NCBI RefSeq assembly: GCF_006345805.1
Contig: NC_042999.1
Span: forward strand, 155,868,001 to 155,932,000
Source: Octopus sinensis
Taxonomy: Eukaryota
DNA length: 64,000 bases
Direction: 5' to 3'
Position numbers and translations under genes: made by a program. The notes beneath the pieces are model-generated. The model was not told where the DNA came from. It saw only the letters and a program-made list of their open reading frames with translations, and searched no databases. The number at the start of each line of letters is the position of its first letter. The stretch's first letter is position 1. This document shows positions 1 to 11,890 of the stretch, piece after piece.

Positions 1-764
1 ACTAAAACAAAGATGGCATGGAAGACACACATTAACCATTCAGAAACACAAACTTAAAAAACAAAACAAAAAGGGTAGCGAGCTAGCAGAATCGTTAGCA
101 TGCTGGACGAAATGCTTAGCAGTATTTCACCCATCACTTCACTCTGAGTTCAAATTCCACCGAGATTGACTTTGTGGGGTTGATGTAATCGACTGGTCTC
201 TCCCCACTAATTTCAGGCCTTGGGCTTATAATAAAAAGGATTGCTTGTATCAAAATTTTCATCACACTATCTGCAACCTGGTCAATCATGCAGTTCCATA
301 GTAACCAGGTCACAGTCGATACCAAATAATGCTGACATGAAGCTAATGGAGTGGGGGTGAATGACTGACAAGTGTCTTCCAAGGTGAGAATGCTGTTTTT
401 TTTTCTTTTACTAATCTCAATGACTGAGCTTTGGTCATGCCAGGACACCGCTTTGAAGGGTTTAATCAAATCAACCCCATCCCAGTTCTTATTCTATCAG
501 TTCCTATTAGCCAAACCACTAAGTTATGAAGATGTAAACAAACCGACACTGGTTGTCAAGCAATGAGACACAAACGTGCATGCACACATAACAGGCGTCC
601 ACACAATTTCCCTCAACCAAATTCATTCACAAAGCAGTGGTCAGTTTGGGTTATAGTGGAAGAACTTGCCCAAGGTGCCATGCAGTGGGATGAACCCAAA
701 ACCACGACTGGGGGAGCAAACATGATTTCTGCATATTATCATTATCATTTTTAGCATATCATCA

Positions 765-955
765 TCAGTTTCAGTCACATGTCTGTGGCCATGCTGGAGC
801 CCCCCCTTTAGTCAAATCGACCCCAGGACTTATTCTTTGTAAGCCTAGTACTTATTCTATCAGGGTCTTTTGCTGAACCGCTAATTTACGGGGATGTAAA
901 CACACTAGCATCGGTTGTCAAGCAATGTTGGGGGGACAAACACAGACACACAAAC

Positions 956-1003
<48 letters not shown>

Positions 1004-1157
1004 GGGCTTCTTTCAGTTTCTGTTTACCAAATCCACTCACAAGGCTTTGGTTGGCCTGAGGCTATATTAGAAGACACTTGCCCAAGGTGCCATGCAGTGG
1101 GACTGAACCCAGAACCATGTGATTCGTAAGCAAGCTACTTACCACACAGCCACTCCT
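765..1157 (-). mobile_element. tRNA-derived SINE family A (CORE-like segment, internal microsatellite); degraded copy also at about 405-725
   Basis: Minus strand aggagtggctgtgtggtaag...gggttcagtcccactg...ccttgggcaagtgtcttct...(TA/GA)n...gactgaaac; about 30 full or partial copies in the window. Confidence 0.9.
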
Positions 1158-1836
1158 AAATAAAACACCCAGCCCCTGTAAAAATGAATATTAAACAAAA
1201 AGATAGACAAGGGAAGGGGCTAAATGCATGCTAAGAACTTCACGGAGTGGTTCGTCAGGAAAGCAGCAGCATTCTTATACATAATTCATTCTTTAATGGT
1301 TGCATATTTGTTACAAACCAAAATACTTGATTATGCTACTACTACTTTTACAAGTACTACTACACAAAACATCTCTGTATGACCCCCCCTTTACTACAAT
1401 CCCCAAAATGAATAGAGCTTTGAAACGAAGCTACATAAAAAGCCACTTATTAACATCAATAGAAATAATGTTTAAAGTTAGATGCAGCCAGCAGCAAGAG
1501 ATTACTTGTGAAGGGTGAGGCCACAAACGACACACCAGATTTAAACCGAAGCTGACAGGTTAACATGAATGATGGCTTTTTTAGAATTGAGTTCTCAACT
1601 GTTTCTTTTCAAAGGCAGGTGCCAATGCCAGGAGATATCAGTCTGTGGTAGCATTAGTTTTTATTTTAGCATTATTATTATTATTATTATTATTTATTAT
1701 TTTAAGAAAGATTATTTTCATTTTGTCGATATTCCAAATCTGTAATAGATTGGAAGTTGTAAATCTGACAGTCCTAGGGAATTTCTAGACACCATGGGTG
1801 GTACCCAAGAGAAGAAGTCTCTTAGTTTGTGAGAGG

Positions 1837-1886
<50 letters not shown>

Positions 1887-2297
1887 GCCCCCAGTTGAAA
1901 ATATAGAAAGAATGCATAAATAGAAACATCAAAATAGGGGTTTTAAAATAAGTTTTTTTTTTCTGTTAATAACGTATCTAAAAGAAAATTCAGCTATTAT
2001 TTATAGCTTATAATTATGTATTAGGCTAAATATTTAAAAAATTGGATGGATAAAAGGGAAAAAGCAGCTTGAGACTTGAACCATGCATCATCTGCAACAC
2101 AGTCTTCAAGTTTTAAGAGATTATAAACTTATTTATAGAGGAATTCTCAAAGAAATAAAATAAATCAATATTCTAAATTAGGAAATGTACAAATGTGTTG
2201 GTTCTTAAGTTCAATTCAGGCAGATCCAACAATATTTTTCTCTCTCTCATTCATCTTTGAAACAACTTTTTGTGACCATTTTTATGTTGAAATATAT

Positions 2298-2495
2298 TGC
2301 CTTTCGGCTGATATACTCTCCGGCCTTCATCAGGTGTTCTGGGGGAAATTTTGAACCTGGGTTCTCATTCCCAAGGTATTTTTCGATATCATTATTATTA
2401 TTATTATTATTATTATTCAGTTCACTGCCTGGAATTGAACTCGAAATGTTGGGGTTACTAGCCCGTGCATTTAACCACTACACCATATGCTCACA
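2298..2495 (-). mobile_element. tRNA-headed SINE-like element with hammerhead core (copy 1)
   Basis: Minus strand: A box TGGTGTAGTGG, B box GTTCAATTCC, (AAT)n, then acac-CTGATGA-a-ggccgg-agagtata-tcagcc-GAAA (2337-2302). Similarity to copy 2 stops right after GAAA. Confidence 0.7.
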
Positions 2496-2572
2496 GGCAC
2501 ATGGGAACCAGTATTAAGGAAGGATAGGATATTAGATCTATAATCCCTAAAATTCACTCCACAAATGCCCAC

Positions 2573-2832
2573 GGGCAGATGGTGTAGTGGTTAAGAATGC
2601 GAGCTAACCCCAAGACACCGAGTTTGATTCCAGGCAGTGACCTGAATAACAACATTGAAAAGTACCTTAGGAATGAGAACCTAGGATCCAAATTCCTCCA
2701 GGATACCTGATGAAAGTTGGAGAGTACATTAGCTGAAATGGTGTTAACAACAAACAAGATGAGGACAACTATCAGTTAAATGTAAATAACGTAAATAATG
2801 TACATAATTCCTCATCTCTCAAATATAGAACT
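2573..2832 (+). mobile_element. tRNA-headed SINE-like element with degenerate hammerhead core (copy 2)
   Basis: A box TGGTGTAGTGG, B box GTTTGATTCC, CTGATGA at 2707-2713, stem agttgg/ttagct, GAAA at 2735-2738. Homologous and head-to-head to copy 1. Confidence 0.7.
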
Positions 2833-2839
2833 ATTATAT

Positions 2840-3032
2840 ACTCTTTTTACTCTTTTACTTGTTTCAGTCATTTGACTGCGGCCATGCTGGAGCACCGCCT
2901 TTAGTCAAGCAAATCGACCCCGGGACTTATTCTATCGGTCTCTTTTGCCGAACCGCTAAGTGACGGGGACGTAAACACACCAGCATCGGTTGTCAAGCAA
3001 TGCTAGGGGGACAAACACAGACACACAAACAC

Positions 3033-3082
<50 letters not shown>

Positions 3083-3208
3083 ATATATACGACAGGCTTC
3101 TTTCAGTTTCCGTCTACCAAATCCACTCACAAGGCATTGGTCGGCCTGGGGCTATAGCAGAAGACACTTGCCCAAGATGCCACACAGTGGGACTGAACCC
3201 GGAACCAT
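2840..3208 (-). mobile_element. SINE family A, young copy, head slightly truncated
   Basis: Near-identical to copies at 38968 and 55961; (AAAGAGTA)n-type tail. Confidence 0.9.
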
Positions 3209-4883
3209 ATATTGTCTTTTTTTCAATATTTTGAAAATGATGAAGAATTTATTAAAATAACAGCCATTAAGAGGAATGTAAGGAATATAAGGCATTGAGC
3301 TGACAGAATCATTGCTGGGCCAAACAGATTGCTTAGTATTTCAGTCATCTTTACATTCTGAGCTCAAATTTCACAGAGGTTGATTCTGCCTTCCATCCTT
3401 CAGGGTCAATAAAATCACTGGGGTTGATGCACTCAACTCTCTCCCCAGAAATTGCTGGCCTTACACCAAAATTTGAAAATATAAACAAAGTTTTGATAGG
3501 TTATAATTTAGGCCACTTTATTAAAGGGAATTTGTCTGAGAATCCAGGACACTTTCAGACACATTGGAATCAAAAGGGTTAGTAAAGCAGTATAATTGCA
3601 CAATTACCCACCAAACTGAGATCCACTACTGACCAAACTTCTCACCCACAAAATTTCCATCTCTAACCATCTCCACTCTTCATCTTCCACAAAGCTACCC
3701 ACTCAGCTCTCCTCAATTCTCTGTCCCTACTCAGTCTATTTTCTTGTACATTGAAGGTCATGTCCTGGCACCTCATCTCAATCTTTTCTACCTTGTCAGC
3801 AGGAATAACCATGTATCTCCTCTATAGCAAGATACCTGTTCTTGTCCCTTAATCATTAGTCTTTCAACACCTGGCATAAAACCACCTTCCTCAAGACTGC
3901 ATCCCCCTTTCAGTTATGGGGGGGGGGTTGTTTTAAAAGTTATTTGGTAACTTCATTTGTGCTGGTGCCATGAAATAAGCACCCAGTACACTCTGTAAAG
4001 TAGCTGGTGTTAGGAAGGGTATTGAGCCATAGAAACTGTGCCAAAGCAAATATTGAAGCCCAACACAACCCTCTGGCTCGTTGGATCTTGTTGAACATCC
4101 TAACCCATGACAGCAGGAAAAGCAGATATTAAGTTACGAGGATTGTAGTAGTCTCAATACCAATTCAATGTTGTAAATCAGGTTGCAATGATACAATGGC
4201 TTCAACAGGAATTCACTTGAGATTACAAATTTCTGGGGACAACTTGACTCTGTGGAATGTCTCATACAATTTCAGTATAGCAATGTGCATTCCATTTGGA
4301 ATAGGGTGCCACATTGAAAGTACAACCCTGATGTGCCGCCACTTTATATACATCTGTATTATCACTTGCATAAATGCAAACACACATACACACTGGAGAC
4401 TTTGTCAATGTAAATTCCAGCCAAGTTAAACACCATTCTAGAATGATTCATGTTAAGATGGATTACCATTTGGCAAAGGTAGCTAAATGATAATCCAGTG
4501 AGTTGGTAAGGGAGTTTCACCTACCAGGTTGGGAAAAAAAAATACTTAGCTCAGCTAACCACACCTTGGAACAGTCATAAGTAGTATGGCAACAACATGA
4601 AGAGTCTCTCTCTCTCTCTCACACCTACACATTCATCAATCATTAACCACAATCTCATTTATTCTAAAATTAGATAATACTCAAGTGTTTTTAAGATGAA
4701 ATATGAGAAAAACAAATATCTTATCACTGATGACTTTAAAACAAAAAAAAATTGATTTAGTGCAATGACAACAGAAAAGGGAAACTAACAGTGCTGGTAG
4801 AGAGAGAGGTGGGTGTTATCTGAATGCGTAATTACGGTAGGTAAAGAAAGAAATAGTTTAAGTCGTCCTCAAATATCACTTAC

Positions 4884-4962
4884 ACATATCAGTGATTCTA
4901 AATCTTTTAAAACTCAATCCAAACTTTGAAGAAACAGAAAATGTACTAAAAATGTTCTCACT
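4884..4962 (-). CDS. Candidate 79-nt exon (SENIFSTFSVSSKFGLSFKRFRITDM in phase 0, or a 5'UTR exon ending in ATG)
   Basis: tatattatttcag|AGTGAG...GATATGT|gtaagt; perfect donor, only phase 0 is open, no homology support. Confidence 0.3.
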
Positions 4963-5358
4963 CTGAAATAATATACCTTAAACATGCTTGTGCCAAAGTT
5001 TCTTCAGTTGGGGAAAGGAATTCTACCTAAGTTATTCAAACCAGACCAGTACAGAAGCCAAACATCTACTGCCCCACCACCAGTGTCTTACCATGTGGGT
5101 CTTTCTCCCTCCCCCATCTTCAAAACATGTGTTAGGACCTTAAGATAAAAAGGTCAGAGTTAAGCATTTGATTAGCTCCTTCTAAGTTATAGATCTGCTC
5201 CAACAGACTTAATCATATCTTCTCAAGAACACTTTTAGAAGAGGTACTACACACATTTTATCCTAACTTAAAAACCGCAGAATTATATTCCTTAAAACTT
5301 TAAAATAATCTGAAATTTTCTACAATTTGTGCATAGATTTTTCTTTCTTTAGTTTTAA

Positions 5359-5562
5359 CCCATTCATGCCGAAATTTTTCTAGTGAATGAAATTGCCTGA
5401 AAATTCAGATATTATTATTTTGACCTAAATAACTGCATACGCATTAAGAACATATCTCATTCTTTGATACAGATCATACATAAATCGCAATTTGTATGAA
5501 GTATTTGTTTTATACCCTTATAAATTAAGGGTCAGTTTAAACGGACAATCAGCATGAATAGG
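5359..5562. mobile_element. piggyBac-like MITE
   Basis: TTAA at 5355-5358 and 5563-5566; TIR cccattcatgc / gcatgaatagg. Confidence 0.75.
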
Positions 5563-5610
5563 TTAATGTTCACACACAAACAAAGTATGTATTGCGTGCA
5601 TGCACACACA

Positions 5611-6094
5611 TTATCTCCTCAAAGACATACAGCATCTCGAAAGAGTCCAGAAGCTGGCTACCCGCATGGTTCATGGTCTCAAAAATTGTCCTATGAAGAA
5701 AGGCTAAGGACGCTCGACCTTTATTCTCTTGAAAAACGCCGCCGCCGTGGTGATCTCATTCTCGCCCACAACATCATAAGCGAAAGTGTAACCTCTCGAA
5801 AGAGCTGTTCTTCACTCCTGCTCCAGAGCGTCGGCTGCGGGTCATTCCGAAAAGCTCTACCTGCGACGATTTCATCTCAATCGAAGGAGAGGAGCTTTCT
5901 CCGTCCGGGTTGCGGATCCGTGGAACAAGCTGCCAGAGACGAGATGGTGAAGATGCCGACGACCGCTTTGTTCAAAGCCTCCCTTGACCTCAAGTGGCCT
6001 GAACTCTTTACATGAACACCACCCTGTACTTAACTCCATGTCCCCCTACATGGCCTTGCTATTTGCTTTTGAGCCAAATTAACTAACTAACTAA
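5611..6094 (+). mobile_element. 5'-truncated CR1-type LINE, 3' end
   Basis: Encodes KDIQHLERVQ...LSYEERLRTLDLYSLEKRRRRGDLI (CR1/L2 ORF2 C-terminus) with frameshifts; (CTAA)n tail; TSD-like catgcacaca at 5599-5608 and 6095-6104. Confidence 0.9.
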
Positions 6095-7270
6095 CATGCA
6101 CACAGTTGTCGTAGGGTTATTCTAATGTATAAGAATTCTAGGTACTCAATGTTTCAATTTTATGGTTAAGAACTATAAGACAGGCATGGCTGTGTAGTTA
6201 ACTAGTTTGCTTTCAAAACACATGGTTTCAGGTTCAGTCCCACTATATGGCACCTTGGACAAGTGTCTTCTACTATAGCTCCAGGTCGACCAAAGCCTTG
6301 AGTGGATTTGCTAAACAGAAACTGTAAGAAGCTCATGTGTGCATGCATCATACAAGCAGCATCATTCATTTTTAGTTTTCTGTGAAAATAAATTTAGCCA
6401 CGGAAAAATATTACCTTACAAGGGAAAATAGATGTTAAAATGATAATGAAGACAATGTTTCCTGTTTTGACTTAAGACAGTAGTGTGTAATTTGAAGGTG
6501 ATTTCACTGCTATTTCCGGCATTTTGATTGACCACAGAATCTCCCTTATTGCCTTGTCTGTATGTATGTATGTATGTATTTAATATATAGTTTTTATTAT
6601 TGATAAAACAAAAATCCAAATGCAGTAGAAAATAAATATTTTCCAATCTGATGATAAAATTCTGAGAATTACATCAACCAAAGTAGATTTTGGTCATGTT
6701 CTTAGTATCTCGCACCACCACATTTATCAACAATACCAGAAAGGCCAGGAGTGGGGAAGTTCTGGTGATACTTGGTTCAATTAGCAGCCTGTGTAGCTTA
6801 GCCAAACAGTTCTCACGCCTCCTTCAAAAGAATATTTTGACAGGAAGCTTGCTTCCAAAAATAAACACAAAAAAATGAACAAAAATAAGAAAAAAGAAAA
6901 TGGGGGAAACGGAGGAGGAACTAAAGAGGAAATTTTTATTGAAAATATCTGGAAATTTATAAAATTCACAAAATATTCCAAATAAATATTTGGTGGCTCC
7001 TTTACCATGAACATCAACAAATAAACAGCATTTTTTAAATGTTCTTTAATTGATAGGAATAAGTCAAAGCTTTAAAACGATGATGAGATGCCAAGAATTT
7101 CCAGACAGAAATACTTGGTATTTAAAGAAAGAAAAAAAAAAGAAATGAAAAAATGTTAAATATTTCATACATATTTCGCAGCAACCGTTCAACAGATTTA
7201 TAGAAATAGGAAGTTTAACTTAATGATGAGCATTTAACGCACACACAAATATTTAACCAATACATTAATG

Positions 7271-7543
7271 CAGTGGTTTTCAACCAGGGTTCCGCAGAAC
7301 CTTAGGGTTCAGCAGAACCTTAGGGTTCAGCAGAACCTTAGGGTTCAGCAGAACCTTAGGGTTCAGCCAGTACAGTCCAGGGGTTCCGCAAGAAGTTACA
7401 AAACTGCTAAAATCGGCAGTAATTTTTAATTCTCCTGTGCAGATATGTGTGCATAAGACTGTTAAATTATTGCACAGGGGTTCCCCGAGCCAGTGGAACG
7501 TTTCCTTGGGGTTACGCTCCAGCAAGAATTTTGAAAAGCACTG
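7271..7543. mobile_element. hAT (Charlie/Buster-like) MITE
   Basis: TIR cagtggttttcaa / ttgaaaagcactg; perfect 8-bp TSD cattaatg (7263-7270, 7544-7551); internal 4x 18-bp repeat. Confidence 0.9.
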
Positions 7544-7699
7544 CATTAATGAGATAGAATTCTGGTGCCATGTAAAAGGCATCAGTGCTGGTGCCATGTA
7601 AAAAGCAGTCAGTACACCCTGTAAAGTGTTCGGTGTTAGGAAAGACATTCAGGTGTAGAAATCATACCAAAACAGCCAATGGAGTCATGTGTGTATCCC

Positions 7700-8005
7700 T
7701 GTCTTGACATTACATGATAGTCCGTTCGTGGCTGTTGCCAGCTTCGCCTGGCCCCCGTGCCGGTGACACGTAAAAAAAGCACCATCCGATCATGGCCGTT
7801 TGTCAGCCTCGTCTGGCACCTGTGCCGGTAGCACGTAAAAAGCACCCACTACACTCACGGAGTGGTTGGCGTTAGGAAGGGCATCCAGCCGTAGAAACAT
7901 TGCCAGATCAGACTGGGCCTGGTGCAGCCTTCTGGCTTCCTAGACCCCAGTTGAACCGTCCAACCCATGCTAGCATGGAAAGCGGATGCTAAACGATGAT
8001 GATGA
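7700..8005 (+). mobile_element. SINE-like family C (ggcgttaggaagggcatccagc domain, (GAT)n tail); others at about 3950-4140, 9870-10170, 23905-24060, 25325-25610, 32720-32972, 38745-38895, 42610-42885
   Basis: gtaaaaagcacccactacactc...gttggcgttaggaagggcatccagc...ccaacccatgctagcatggaaagcgg...gatgatgatg recurs on both strands. Confidence 0.8.
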
Positions 8006-10795
8006 AGTTTCTCATCATACAAGCAATGTTCTTTATTTCTGGTCTTCTGTGAAAAACATGCCTGGCCATGGGGAAGAATTACCTTGCTTGGAAGCAGGTG
8101 AGGGTTGGTGTCAGGAAAGGCATCTGGTTGTAAAAATGTTGCCTCAACAAATTCCATCTGACCCATGCAGACATGAAAAAGTGGACGTTAAATGAAGGTT
8201 ATGATGATGATTAGATATAAACTGTGCGTGTGTTCCACTACCACTTGACAACTGGTGTTGGCGCATTGACCTCCCCCATAACTTAGCAGTTTGGCAAAAA
8301 TGACTGACAGAATAAGTACCAGGCTTCAAAAGTATTGGGGCCAATGTGTGCAACTAAAATTTTTCAAGGCAGTGCTCCAGCATGGCTGTGGTTTGAATAA
8401 CTAAAACAAGTAAAAAGATAAAAGATCTAGCATGTATATATACACATACATACACACAAAAAATTCTTTGAATAGATAGGGTTGTAGTCTTGAAGTGCAA
8501 GGTGACACTTTGTGGGAGTTAAGTGACGATGTAACTAACCCCTTTATATTGCTGAGACGCGGAAGTGAACCCAGGACAGAGAAAACTAAATCAGGCACTG
8601 TTGTCTGTTTAAACACTGCTGAGTGACAAACGAATGCTTCACTATCCATAGAGGAATTACAATCATTAATATAACCTTCAAGCTTACAAAAAATTAGGCC
8701 ACTGTCTTGTCAAAGAGTAGTAGTGGTAGTAGTAATAGTATTTCTTTTTCTTCGGTGAAGATTTCAACTTGGTTTGAAGTAGTTATTAGCGTGAAACAAA
8801 TACTTAAGTGTGAATTTTGTGTAGTTAAGTAGCCGACTGTCTTCAGTGATAACAGCTTAGAGAGAGATATATATATATATAGTGAGTGAGGCAGGATAAT
8901 AGAGAGAGAGAGATAGTGAGTGAGCCAGGATTGTAGAGGGAGGGAGGAAGGAGAGGAGATAGAGATAATATACAGTCGTTATATTGATAAAGCTTACTAA
9001 ATTATGTAGCAGGCTTATTTTCTAACAGTTGACTTCAGTTGGAAATAGAAATGAGACAGTCAAAGGCCTTGCTACTTGTTAGATAATGATTCATCCGACT
9101 AAACACAAGATTCTATTTATTAAGAAGAATCCAGTCCAGTCCGGTCCGGTCTGGTGTTAATCAATTGAATAATTAACTGATACTCTATATCATTGTCCCC
9201 CAGGGACATTGGAAAACAAAATTAATTTGGTGGAATTTGAAGCAAAAAATATGCAAGAGATCAGATGCCATAAAGCAACTGAATTAGACTTAACATTTTA
9301 TTTTTATATATATATATATTTTTTATTTACTATTATTATTATCATCATCATCATTATTATTTTTGTTAATAAGCTCGCATTAATATTTTTGATGAAATGG
9401 GGCGACATTAAAAAATGTAGTTTTCACACTTCAAGAAGCGCGAAAGATCTTTTGTAAGAAGCTTATTTAACATCCACTTTTCCATGGTTTGGTGGAGTTT
9501 ATTGAAGCGGATTTTTCTAGAGCTGGATGCCCTTCCTGCTGCCAACCCTTACCTATTACCAAGTAAGGTAATATTTCCTCATGACCAGACTCACTTTCCA
9601 TGGAAGATTGAAAATGAATGACACTGCTTGTATGGTCATTTATCTTTACATCTTTCACACAATACCAAGGAGAGACATACATATACAATGGGTTCCATTC
9701 AGTTTCATTCTATCAAACCTACCCCTAAAGCTTTTGTTGGCCTGTAGCTATTAGATTTTATTCAAGGCACCACAGTGGGATTGAACCCAAAAACCATGTG
9801 ACTGAAAAGCAAACTTCTTAATTACACACACACACACACACATATATATGTACATGTGTGTATTATATATCATTTAGCATTCATTGTCCATGCTGCCATG
9901 GGTTTGCCGGTATGACCAGAGCTGACAAGCTGGAAGGCTGCACCAGACACCAGTCTGATTTGACATGGTTTCTACAGCTGGATGCCCTTCCTAATACCAA
10001 CCACTCCGAGATTGTAATGGGTGCATGCACATGCTACCAGCACGGGTGCCATTTGCGTGACACTGGTATCTGCCACGACTGTGATTTCACCTGGCTTAAT
10101 GGGTCTTGTTAAGCACAACATAATGCCAAAGGTATCGGTCATTTGTCATTGCCTCCATGAGGCCCGACACTCAAAAGGAGCTCAGTTACTTTGCCTATGA
10201 CAGGCACGGGTGGCTGCACAGTAAGAGGCTTACTTCCCAACCACATAGTTCCAGGTTGTCCTACAGTGTAGCACCTACACGGGATGACCAAAGCCTTATG
10301 AGTGGATTTAGGAGATGGAAACTGGAAGCTCAACGTGTGAGTGTGTGTGTGTCCTACCACCTCTTGACAACCAGTGTTGGTCTGTTTACTTTCCTGTAAC
10401 TTAGCTATTCAACAAAGGAGACCAACAGAATAAGTACCAAGCTTAGGTACTCCAGCATGGCCACAGATAAATGATATATGGTGCGTATGTGTATATATAA
10501 ATTGTGTGTATGGGCCTTTTTTCATTTACCATTTTACCGTTATCAATGAAAACCAAGGACATGGTGTTAGACTAAATGGTCATTGGGTTTGACTTTTTAC
10601 TTTTACTAGTCCCAACCCAAAGCTGTGGCCATGCTGGGGCATCATTATTGAGGTTTTTTGTTGAGTGGTTTTTGCATTTTGAATCTGTTCAATAAAGTTA
10701 CTTGGAATAGGTAGCAGACCACATACTTTTATTTACTACCAAGGAAGGTTGTTTTTCTTCTATAACACACAATGAAATCTGAGTGAAGCACTCAC

Positions 10796-10813
10796 TGGCT
10801 CACAAGCGGCCCA
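10796..10813 (-). CDS. Candidate 18-nt microexon of osp/MPRIP (WAACEP)
   Basis: Minus strand ataatttttggtttcag|TGGGCCGCTTGTGAGCCA|gtgagt: consensus splice sites around a GC-rich island in AT-rich intron, open in phase 0. Confidence 0.45.
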
Positions 10814-11420
10814 CTGAAACCAAAAATTATAATTACCTATTTGTCCATCGCATTTAAGTGGCTATCAATGGTTGGTTGAAAAAATTAGATTTCATAAGAT
10901 CTCTCATTCACTCTATCTCTCTCTCTCTCTCCTCTATCTTTCCGTCATTATTTTGTTGTTAATCTGTTACCACCTATTAAAGGATTTAGTTTAACCACTG
11001 AAGGAATTAACCAAATTCCTAGAAAAGGTGATTAAATCGCCTTCACACTCATCCCCCAACACATTGACTCAGTTTTCTTTTGGAGCAGAAATTACCACTG
11101 ATTACTATTTATGCAATTTGGGGATATTCTTGTGTTAATAATTATTTATAGTTTGCCACCATTTACAGCTGTCAGAGATTTCAACATAGTTTATTTTGAA
11201 AGTCAAAGGTTGCGGCTGCAAGCTGTTTATTTTTGTCACTGCCTCCTGTTTTTATTCATTCTCAACTAGAACATTTACCATTTGATTTTTAAAAATAAGA
11301 GTGGGAGATGAAACAATGTGTTGATGTTCATGCCTTTTCTGACTACATTACAAGCATAAAGGATTTGGTTGATGCAAACTGAAAGCCTGACATACATGCG
11401 TGCATGCATGTCTCCTTGTC

Positions 11421-11890
11421 TTAGTTAGTTAGTTAATTTTTTGGCTCAAAAAGCAAGGCCATGTAGGGGGACATGGAGTTATGTACAGGGTGGTGTTCAT
11501 GTCAAGAGTTCAGGCCACTTGTGGTCAAGGGAGACTTTGAACCGAGCGGTCGTCGGCATCTTCACTATCTCGTCAGGCAGCTTATTCTACGGATCCGCAA
11601 CCCGGACGGAGAAAGCCCCTCTCCTTCGATTGAGATGAAATTGTTGCAGATAGAGCTTTTCGGAGTGACCCCGCAGCCGACGCTCTGGAACAGGAGTGAA
11701 GAACAGCTCTTTCGAGAGGTTACACTTTCCGCTTATGATGTTGTGAGCAAGAATGAGATCACCACGGCGTCTGCGTTTTTCTAGAGAATAAAGGTCGAGT
11801 GTCTTCAGCCTTTCTTCATAAGACAAATGCTTGAGACCAAGAACCATGCGAATAGCCAGCTTCTGGACTCTTTTGAGATGCTGTATGTCT
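11421..11890 (-). mobile_element. 5'-truncated CR1-type LINE, 3' end, same family as 5611-6094
   Basis: ORF 11587-11916 contains DIQHLKRVQKLAIRMVLGLKHLSYEERLKTLDLYSLEKRRRRGDLI...LRGHSEKL...FSVRV; (CTAA)n tail; inserted in an older repeat. Confidence 0.9.

Noticed and set aside
7294-7365. CRISPR-like array of palindromic repeats
   Set aside because: No spacers, eukaryotic context, and it lies inside a hAT MITE.
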